From: Tubiluchus corallicola | Taxonomy: Eukaryota > Animalia > Priapulida | Length of the DNA stretch: 64,000 bases | Assembly: GCA_030141605.1 (NCBI GenBank) | Contig: JAQGDQ010000024.1 | Location: forward strand, 744,001-808,000 | Direction: 5' to 3' | Shown: positions 53,051 through 64,000 of the stretch, in pieces | Numbering within the stretch: position 1 is the first letter of the stretch | How the letters are laid out: each line of letters begins with the position of its first letter | Notes under the pieces: generated by a model | What the model was told of the DNA's origin: nothing | Databases searched by the model: none | The model's input: only the letters and a program-made list of their open reading frames with translations | Program-made: the position numbers and the translations under genes

Positions 53051-55042
53051 CTGTAAACAAAAGTAAAAAAGATGTTAGCTTGAAAAACAGATGACACATC
53101 ATAAAGGTTTCTAAGTCTTTACTATTAAGACACAAAAACAAGTTTTTCTTGCAAATTGCATAAATTAACTGAGCAAATATTCTTATTCAAAAGTGCAAGT
53201 ATGATCAATTAAAATGTTATAAAAACATGTAGCCTTGGTCGAAACAGAGTTACAGGCATAACAATCAAAAATGTTTTAAAATGTATGGCTTTGCTCCAAA
53301 ACTTACTGTTGTTAAATTGATAAATTGCAGTAAGCAACACTATCAAAGGTTTGAGAAAAAAGAAAAATTATAAAAAAAAAACTATTAAAAATGTTAACAG
53401 CAATAAATTCAGCAAGAAAAAATGAAATGATCTAGTCATAAACCAACACTGAAATCTATGCACTACGTGAAGATTCTCATACTAATTTCAACGTAAATCT
53501 TATCTACTTTGCTAAATACCTAAAATCCAAAAGTAATCTAATGATACATTTATTGTAATAAAGGAATATTAAAGCATATAATAATCTGCTGATACATCAT
53601 TTCTGTTCCAAGCAAATGTGATTAGCTTTCAGAAGGAACAAAGGCAAAAATATATTTAGACAGATTAGTTTATAAAGTTGATCCTGGAGTATTACATACA
53701 GGTCAGGTTACTTACATCTTTTCCGCAACAGTACTAGCATGATTAATGCAATTCAAGTTTGGGGCAATATTAGCTCAGCAACAATCAAAATTACACTGAT
53801 TTAGGAAACAAATCCACTTTGAGAGGTAATAACTGGTGCAGTGGGAAATATAAGGAAACGGAATTGTTTGTCTACAAATAGAAAGTGTAATATTCACGTT
53901 CTCATTACGAATGAGATAGAAAGGCAGCAAATGTAACAAGATGACACTTATCTCGTTTATATATCACCTCGGCCAACCATTAGCAGCATTCAAACCTGCA
54001 TAGCTTATAAAATACATCACTTACTAGCCCACATATTGTCCTGATAGATTGCCACAAAATGTCTACTTGGATTTACATAAAGTTGTTCCAATTTTGCATA
54101 ATAAGGATAACAAACCAGCATTATTAGTTAATTCACTGCATTACTCATAGCCAGCACTATATAATCAAACAGTTACCCACATCGTATTCAACAATGCATT
54201 TTTGAGGCTCCGCATATTTTCACAACTCCATATTTTTAAATTTTATAAACTTTTAAAGAGAAAAGTTAGCTTCAACTTAATTTCACTCATACTTCAATCC
54301 ATTTCATATCAAAAATGAAAGTCTGGCTTGTGCTTAACAGAGAATTTTGATTAAACAGTTACATGTAAGCAACACATCTTATGAACATAGGAAAGACTAT
54401 AATCTGAGTGTGGGGGGGGGACGTGCATGATCATTTGAAAACGCACACATGAAGGACAAGACATAAGCAGGACAAGACATCGTGTACATAAGCAGACCAA
54501 AAAATTGCCCTAGGATGTAAGAAACAAACAGCCATGAAGAAAACAACATCCTTAGAAGCTGCTTTGCTATGCTGCTGATAATGTTGTTGAAAATACTGAC
54601 ATGTTCAGTTTTTTGACTAAGGTGAATGAGTTAAAAGAATGTCAAGGTTTACTAGACATCAAATGTTCTATTACTTTTTGTATGCTGTAAAGTCAGAAAT
54701 ACTTGATGGCATACAGATGGTCTTTTCACGTTTCTTAGTCAAAATCATAAGCCCCTAATCTGTTGTAACAACTCGTACGATTAACGCAACAGCAAAAATC
54801 AACAATAAGCAATTAGAAATGCCGTAGAGAACTCCTGTCACTTAAACAGATGGAATGCTCAGTAGCAATAACATATTTTTTGCAAAAGGATCTTAGTGAT
54901 GAGTCTTGCAATGCTCATAATTTCTAAATGTGTTTGTGTTTATGTTCTTTGTGTTTTGTGCTTCATAAAAACATTATTAAGAATACGAAAATATAAGACA
55001 GCAAAATATATAGTATTTATGTACATATTATTATCAACATAC

Positions 55043-55081
55043 CCGCTGATTTGTTGTGATTTGTGGCAATGACTGCAACAC
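55043..55081 (-). CDS. zfh2: Candidate 39-nt symmetric phase-1 exon of zfh2 (xVAVIATNHNKSA-D)
   Basis: gatttcttgacag|GTGTTGCAGTCATTGCCACAAATCACAACAAATCAGCGG|gtatgt. The length is divisible by 3, there is no stop in phase 1, and its terminal G completes G|AT (Asp) at the giant-exon acceptor. Confidence 0.5.
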
Positions 55082-58000
55082 CTGTCAAGAAATCTTATAA
55101 TTTAACAGGTTGCCATGTGACAGATTTGTAAAGTAATCCAAAATAGTAATTAATTATACAAACTAAACACACTAAAAGCTCTAAAAATACCTGACAGGAA
55201 ACGATTTTTGCCAAAAAGTGGTAAATAGCATCCTTCATGTTTTGCACTAGCATTACTTAAAAAGTATTATAATACAAAGTCTGCGTAACAAACTGCCTTT
55301 ATAAATTTCAAGACCTAATGTGGATAATGACTGTAAGAAAAGTCTAGTGCCTAGATAGTCATTTGCTTTTTTAGAAAGAAAAAACGGACCAGGGAATTTG
55401 CAACACAAAAACTCTAGAAGTCGTTAGTGGACGTCTTGTAAGAATGGTGTCCATTTGTTACCCACAGGTAGGTCTTCAAGCCACTCTTTCCCTACTTGAT
55501 ACCAGTAATACTATACAGAGGGTTTGTAATTAACGTAAACAGCAGTTCTTGGCATTAATTAAGAACCTGGTGGTTATTACACGCACGTACCTGTTTAATT
55601 CTAGAACAAGCAGTGTCTAACATGACATCAGCGTGCAATTACTGTAAATAATAATGAGCGGAATTCTTAATTGCCTGTCAACTATTGCTGCATATCAGAG
55701 CCCGTATTATTCAATAAGTCATTACCAGCCGTCATTAGAGATCAGCGCGGTGATATTAAGTACCTCACACATCAGCTAGCGCAGGTGTTTGCAGCATTGT
55801 TTTTAATCCAATATAATGAACATAACAAGACTGCTGAATTTGCTCCGTATGACAGGGACTGATTGGAGGTCGGACGCATGCCGGGTGCTTTTGGAAACGG
55901 ATTGTTGTCCCAAATAACCCTACTCAAGTTCAACGATGGTTGAAAAGGGAATTGCGTTTTTCCACTGTACATATCATGTAGGCCCAAATGTATGAATAGC
56001 CAGAAAATGCAAAATACCAAACGCTTCTGACCATGGGAGTCTCAAAATTTCAACATTTAAACCTTAGTTCGTGAGATTTTGAGAAGAAAAAACCAAATGA
56101 AATTTGTCGTTAAATTCGACATAAGTTTTTTCATTTGACAAAAATGCTACAGTGCTGAAGCCAAGACATTAGACAACGAGGCAGCAACCACCGCAAGGCT
56201 TTGCCTGTCAAGTAATTTTGACTAATAGAAATTATAGTTTTTAAATGTGGAATTTAATCATCTGTTTTTGAGGAAAATGTTAGTATGAGCCAGTACGCTA
56301 GCAATTTCTAATCAAGTCTGGAAGGAAATTTTGACCCATACTGTCAAATTTTAACAAATAATCAATGTAGCGAGGCGTATACGTCCTCTAGCCACATACA
56401 TTCATCTCTCGTGCAATTCTAGGGATACTAAACATGATTACAGCTACTGCATTAGCATACAGATTGCGTTCGTCAATATCCTGGACTGGTGACATATTAC
56501 GTCTAGAAATTATGCCGTGCCTAATCAAATACCATCTTAATTGTTGGCTTCTGTGTCAGTCCAGACACGACTAAACCATATCCCCAAATAACCAAATTGA
56601 ATTTGTAAAGTGGACGGGCGATTGGCGAGGGACCACACGGGCACTAATTCAGCTTACGTCATTAAGAACTAGTTGATTAACAGCAGTAAGGAATCGTGGT
56701 CTCTTGTTGATGTAGGACTGGTATTAAATTAGTGAAAAGTCAGTCCTTAAGGTGCCACAGTAGATGCGCAGGCCAGAAGTCTCATCAACTGCTTTAAGAC
56801 AAGCATGGTGCAGCTGTTTCTAGTAAACTGTTAAATTTGCTCTCATACATTAAAATAACTAGACAAGGTATCTATAATAATACATCGGGTTAAGAATGTG
56901 TTAACTTACAGCTGCAGATCGAGTAAGTATGATCAAAACTTACAGAATTCTTCGAATACCTTCTATAAAACAAAATTGTTTTACTAGAATACTAATAAGT
57001 AGTAGAAACTATAACTGTTATTTCAAAAAAATCAATACTGACAGCATGCTCGAACTTGCGCATCCTAATAATTTTCTCACTCGCCTTGAAAATTTATTGG
57101 TTATGCATGCCCGGTAGTCATTGTTTCCCAAGAGTTTTATATACATTATGTAAGAAATGAATATTTTATATCTGAGAAACTGACAGGCTTTTTGTGGTTT
57201 ATATGTCCCCGGATAATAACATCAATACTCAAATAAAATTCTCTGAATAGAATGTCTAACAATAACCGGGAAGATAATGAGTTAAGCGTGAACATTATAT
57301 GCACAAGACAAGCCTTAATATTGTTTCATTATTACCAGAACATGCAAAATTACATGTTTTACAGCTCCGAGTTGATTGAAGTTACGATTAATACCCACGT
57401 TTCTGGAAGAATTTGCAACAAAATAGATTAGAAAGATAATATGTAAAATAAATAATAATTTGATGAATAATGATGTTCATGAAAGTATACGGCCGCACGA
57501 AGATGCATGCCGCTGTGTTTTATAACGGCAAGGAAAAGCTGCGAAGTTTTACTGCGTTTGCTAACTCTTTTCTTAGTCTTTCCAATGTTTTATCAAGCAC
57601 AAAATTATTTCGCGAGGGCGAGTATAGACTTAAGGGGTGAAAGGGCGGTTATCATGGCTGCCAAATTTGAAAGAAAAATGACTAACACGCGTGAAAAATT
57701 ATGACCAACGTCAACAAACTATCCACGAAATAGCTTAAAGGAGCTAAACGAAAAAACGTAGTGAAGGCGAGGAGCACTGGGAATTTTATCATTATAGAAG
57801 GATTCCGTGGTGATTAGTGCTTAGGCTGCTACGACCATTAATGACGCAGGGGCTTAGGCAAATGAGGAAAAAGCGCAATGATTAACAACAGCGGGACACC
57901 GTGCTGTATTGTAATGAGCATTTTTGCTGAATAATTATACTACAACTATGCCACACTTATTAATCACTGGCTTGATTAGTGAAAAGTAAAATCGTATTCA

Positions 58001-58454
58001 TCTGCTGTATTTGCAACAGTAACGGCTGTACGAATAGGTTTTGATCCAAAATTATGCAAGCGAGAAATAACAACCAGCTTTCCTATATACAAACACACAC
58101 CACACACACATATATATGGTGGTCAGACATATATGATGGCCAGAAATATAAGTGCATTTACTAAGTAAGCAAAGTACACAAAGTAAATTCCGTTTGCAAA
58201 AACAGAAACGAAAACACACTATACTAGAATATCAGTTACTATATAAATTTAACAGGATGCGCGCGCGAACTAAAGATGCTCAACAGTATTAATTGATTAT
58301 TTGTTTATAGTGTTTTTATTTGTGATAATAATGGATGGATTCTGTTTAGTTACTGATGTACTAGTATAGCACCTAAAGCAGCTTACACCCTACTACTAAA
58401 TACAGAAAGCATAGAACTGAATCAGAGCGGAAATAGTGCGTTGTCCATCTACTA

Positions 58455-58483
58455 TTTTATTATTATTATTATTATTATTATTA
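58455..58483 (+). repeat. (ATT)n microsatellite
   Basis: About 8 units. Confidence 0.9.
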
Positions 58484-61400
58484 ATTTACAATTTGCAGAA
58501 AAGCTTGCATTTAACTTAAAAATGTTGATGTGTTTATAGACTTTTACACTTTCTTGTCGAACCATCTAATCAATGGAAACACTGGCGTGCTACAATCGCC
58601 ATCAAATAGAGACTGCAAACAGTGGATGATAAATCTAGCAGGCAATTAGAGAAGAACCAGCCAGAATAGCTCAACCAGCGGGCCATAAACATGTCCAGCG
58701 CGCCATCAACTTGTTACTGCCAAATCAGATTTGACATTAAAAGTTTGAATAATAATTCGAGGTTAGGAAAGTTAATTGCATATTTCCCGGCAAATCCGGC
58801 CATTATATATGGATTAGACGTAAAAGCCTTTCAAAATAATATCTCAAAATGTCATAACTGAAGCTTAGTTACTTTCCTATCACAGCAGCCAATGCCACGG
58901 CTATTAAGACCAAAAAATTGCAAATTGTAAATAAATTGGTGGCCGTAAAAGATTTATAGTCATAACCAGGCCTGAATCTGTCCTAACAAGGAAGTTATTA
59001 CATGATGCAGAGAGAGAACCGGGAACAGGGTTCTGAAATACGCTGAATATACATGTAGGTACAACCCACAGGACTGGTTTAAGATTCTTAGCGATTAATA
59101 ATCAGTCAAATAATAACTCTATTTGGATCTGCCTAGATGTTATTTCGTATATTAAATCGGACTAGGAAAAGGCGTTTCTTGTAAGCTAGTGCAGTGTAAG
59201 CAGGTACACAAATGCAATAGTAACAATTTTTCCACTTTCTACACATTTAAAAATGTTACCTGACAATAAACAAAGAAATGGTACATAACAGATAAAGTCA
59301 TGAAATAGGTCATGGAACGGGAGAACAGCAATGCCGCCGACTCAGTTCAAAAGAAAAATTGCCTTGCACCAAGGCATTGTTAATTAACATGCGAGATAAA
59401 GAAAATGGACCATAACAGTCCTGGCACGAAGCTAAGGAACTAATGCTAACTGTGAACACAGAAAGTTCATAGTGGCTTCTGACTAATATTGCTAAGAGGG
59501 TAAGGGTTTCTTAATATTTGTTACCACTGAGGGGGCATTGAAGCTAATATGGCAAGTAAAAAATGGACGATTGTTAAATTATGGAGAAGAGGCGGTTGAC
59601 AGACTTATCATTTAACCTCCAAGAAATTATAAACACGTTAATTTACAAAAATGAGAAGTATTTGCAACTTAGCCATTTAAAACATTTTTGAGCTGTCAAA
59701 AACACAAAACAGAAAAATACCAAAGAATCGGCTTGTACAAAAAAGGGTATGAATGTGAGTCTGAATAAAATCAAATAAATGCTCAGGCCACGCAATTGTA
59801 ATATTAATTACCTATATTGTCGTATGTTATATTGTATTATGTTGTGTAACATAGATCCATTTTTCAATTAGTTTTGAAGAAATGTAGAAACTAAAACTAT
59901 TGAAGAGAATTATACGGACACCACTTGTTATTCTACTATCTGTGAATTTTAAACAGCAAACAATTTCAAGTTCTTCCAATTTAATGAAGTCATTGTGCTA
60001 AACATTTAAGCGGAGGTGATCACTTATCTTTTAGACTTCCTTAGTTCCTACAAAGAAAACGATCTTTCTTATCAACAAAACTTAAAATAATGGTAGTGAT
60101 CTCTGGTCAACGTGCTCAAACTGAGCAGGAGTTCGCAACAGTTACAGCGCATGCGTGAACTGTAAAGCGGCCATTATGTTTCAAGAACCAAGAGGGTGTG
60201 TACTAAGTTGTGTTAAGTCTGATCACGTTACCCCTGTGTTCATTCTCTTGAGGCAAGATATTATATTAAGTAATCCTACTCTTAACTCCTTTACAACTGC
60301 TACTCCATCTTCTGCGATTGTTATTAGCCAGGATTATACCGACTGCATGTACCCAAGAGATCTACATGTGTAATAACTTGGAATTAGGAAACATTTTCTG
60401 ACATACGTAGCCTACAGAGACAAAAATTATAACAAATCCATCTATAAGTTGGGCATTAGCAAAGGTGATTGATAAACTTTAGAACTGTGTATGCTTGGTG
60501 GGAACAAAAGTTATATAACCACATGGTAGCTGCTTGATCATTTCTTTACATTTTAATGCTCTTGTATGACAGACAGCAAGGCATTACAATAGCTGGAAGT
60601 CAAAAATTTTTATGACTGAATTTAAAACTTGAATTTAACTGGTGTGCCATTCAGCTGCAGAGAGACAATATTGTCAAAAGAATATAGCCCTAAAGCAAGA
60701 AACGGACTCCCACCGTGATTGTGGCAGACAAGAGGTCAAAATAAAGCTTTAAAAATTATGATGAGTCACAGTATGATCTTTTACAGGACAAATTCATTTA
60801 GTAACAAAATAAAGGGGAGAGGTATTGTTACAAGATTAAGAAACATTCTGTAGCAAAAGAAATGATAAAATGTTAAAACTTTTGCCTTATTAATTTATAG
60901 GCTGGCCCAATATAAAAAAATTTCATCCAGAAATTGAATCTAATGCCAAGAACAACTAATAAACGAAAACATAATGCTGAATGAACATGATATCATTCCT
61001 AAAAGAAAGTCAAATAACACAAATTCGAGTCAACTGCTATGAACCAAATACAAATGCAACACTTAATATAATTACAAAGTGTTAACAAATGCACAACATG
61101 AAAAAAATTCGCAACCATTAAACCCAATTACTGTCGAACCACCCCAGCCATAGAAAAATACAGGGGCTTTGCACACAGCGGCTTAACTTTGGATTTAAAC
61201 TCATGCTGAGCATTGAAAAAAGTTCGCACATTATTAAATTTTAAAGGGTATAATTTGGCTGGCTTCCCAGAGCCTTAATTCTTTTCAACTATTAAATTTA
61301 AAATTATAGCCTCTTTAAAACACCAAATTATGGCTTAGGGCATTTGTATTGCATTGCAGAGCACGTAAGTTAGATAATGTGTGTGTAGTTTGATAGAGCA

Positions 61401-64000
61401 GTTATATCAATAACTATGGGAACCCAAGATAAACACTGGGTGAGGCTTAAGTGCATGACTCCCCCACAGCTGGACAACCACATTCTTTTTGGGTTGCATA
61501 AGCATTTAATGTGTAGTTTGATGTGCGATTAGTATTCCTATGATGTAGTATAACTGCATACCACAAGTTATACTCTTTCATATCGGCAACGATAACTTTG
61601 GACGCCGATGGCATCGCAGCGGCCGCAAGCGGAGACGTTTCAAAACATCGATGGGACTTTGGCGGTAATGGTCGGGAGGTGGCGCGAGCGTTCAATGTGT
61701 CCTCTGCTGCAAACAATAGTTGAAGCTTTAATAACCATTTTAAGTTTAATGCTCACTAATTCTAATAGAATGAATTACAGGCATCCATAAATGTAGTCTG
61801 TATGGATAATCGAGACGATGAGAGGATGCTACCACAATGTATTAGAATTACAAAGCATCTATGTTGCAAATATTAATATCAGGAATTTCAGGTTAAATAA
61901 CACTGAAGTTACTTTCCTTTCAATCCATTAGTTCAAGTCATAATGCATTAAATCACATCATACCATATGTATCTCATTCTTCTGGGTTCCAGCATGCCAC
62001 TTGGCATGACAATTAGACTGTATTTTCTTGCAATGATGTCCATAATTGGCTATTATTTTAGAATCATAAGAGGATAATTAAAACAGGAGTAACGCATTTC
62101 AATTTCTAACAGGAAGTAATGGCAAACCATAGATTCTAATTTGTTTGCTTCTCCATGATGAGATGCTGCAAACGCAGGCCGTTACCATGACGATTCGCTT
62201 GATTGTTTTAATAATTAACATCAACAGCATATTCATATTATATGGCATGAGCAGCAAGAGAATGCCTTGTAATGTAAAATATTGCACAGAAAGGAAAAGA
62301 TTTCATTTAGTATAGGAAAGAAAACATGTCGCTCAAAAAGACAAAATTAATTTTACTATGCAGTTGCATACAAACTACCAAATCTGTACCTTTTTTGAAC
62401 ATACCAGCACAAAATATAAGTCAAAAAATTCTTTAAAACAGAAATATCTATAGCAAGAAACCTAAACATAACACTCCTAAAAATATAAAAACACGAGTAC
62501 ATTAAATCTTGAAACAACCTACTTAATTTTCTACAATGGAAATGTTTTGATAAGATCCTGAACCCATAGCATGCATGCAGTTAATGTAGAACTGCCTGAT
62601 TATTTTTTTATAATAAGCAAGTTGTGAACAAGTGCACATAAAAAGACCAAAATCCATATTTAGTATGCATGCCACAACTACCCTTTTAAAATTTTGTTTT
62701 TGTTACATGTTACGTAATGTGTACTCTCAAAAAAGATTGAGCCTAGACATTGTGATCAAAACCACAGGACAGGAGTTGCTTGGCATGTTTTTATATCAAT
62801 TTTTATATCAAACCCAGACATGGTATGCCAGAGTAGAATACTAACCACCAGCGTGGTTAACAGGCTGTTGTAAATGCTGATAATTTAACGGTAAGCCTTT
62901 AATAGTGGGGTTTTAAAAACGTTTAATTTTGGACACATTATATAAGCATTAAATTGAGGATTAAAATTTTCAATACATAGTGTAAAATTAAATGATATGG
63001 CTTTCGAAAGTTCACAGTCAGCTATCGGTACAAAACATCGGAGTCTCGTGTCTCGCTCGATAGCGGGCGTTACCATGTAGTTTGAAGAAAGCTGCCGCAG
63101 CGAAAGACAACGCACTGCTTCTGCGCAACAACACAATGTCAGTCGGTACCAAACTAAATGGCCTTAACTAAGTATTTTATGTCTAGCCAGCTATTATTTT
63201 TCCTCATTTCGCTTTATGTAGTCATAAGCAAGTACCTGACACATAAGATGCTCTAAAAGTATTTTATTTTTCTTGGAAATACAATGGATGTTCCCAAAGA
63301 AGTGATTACCACACCTGTCAAATACCATATCACAATAAGCCACTATTTAATATTCTCTGGATGTACCCTTTATTGCCTACCACCAGACATGATATCAGCA
63401 CAACAATGCTCCATGAAAGTCGGCACAGACAGATAAAAAGAAAATCAAGATAATAAATGATCTATCGAATAAAATACGACAAAGATTAATAGGACACGTT
63501 GCCATGCGATGGCGCTGCGACACATTGTTAACGGTTCTGTCGCAGATGAGTGCGAATAACAAAAATACAACCAGTTCCAGAAATCTTCCTACATGTCCTA
63601 CCTAACATGTCTGAACTAAGTATTCCTAACCTCGACTCTTAACATATGTCACGTATAACCTAAAAACTATAGGGAAAATTTCAAATTTTGCAACAAATTA
63701 ACTCACAAAGCTAGCTTAATGAAAATCACACTACCAAGTAATTGTCATTGACTACACACTATTTAGGAAGTAATGTTCAAAAGCACCATGTGGTGTCAAG
63801 CTTGACACTCCTGTTCTTGGCTGATGTGCCATCAATAACAATAAGGATGGGAAGCTTCTCGTGTATGAGATGGTTATTATCATCACATTGTACCACGTGG
63901 TACATGTTTGCGGGGGTGCAGCGTTACAGATACCGGATGAATGAGTTATCGACCGAAGTGGTATTCTGGCTTGTCTCGTGACTGTCTGCAAGTAAAGGAA

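Noticed and set aside
53051-53141. N-terminal 30 aa of the 2103-aa ORF (MFLCLNSK...LLLFT) as the real start
   Set aside because: The ORF begins at a non-ATG codon and this stretch is the intron's polypyrimidine tract. The N-terminal ZFHX fingers are missing, so the upstream exons lie outside the window.
59185-59259. GNIFKCVESGK... as a zinc-finger exon
   Set aside because: Lacks the second Cys and paired His, and reaches a stop without a usable donor.

Overview
AT-rich metazoan (invertebrate-type) genomic DNA. The only convincing protein-coding gene is the 3' part of a zfh2/ZFHX (ATBF1/ZFHX3/4-family) zinc finger-homeodomain transcription factor on the minus strand. It consists of a 6,176-bp internal exon (53050-46875; 15 zinc fingers and all 4 homeodomains), a phase-compatible 223-bp exon (46014-45792) and a probable terminal coding exon (45667-45546). 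A frame-preserving 39-nt exon candidate lies upstream (55081-55043). The 5' exons lie beyond the right edge of the window. The ~43 kb downstream of the gene has no credible ORF. It is a mosaic of blocks rich in TF motifs (TAAT/ATTA, POU octamer, E-box), microsatellites, tRNA- and 5S-derived fragments and very small TTAA-flanked piggyBac-type relics, which is consistent with a developmental regulatory gene desert. I found no CRISPR array, intact transposase or intact RNA gene, and I cannot demonstrate a new biological system from sequence alone. The best leads concern splicing and regulation of zfh2.
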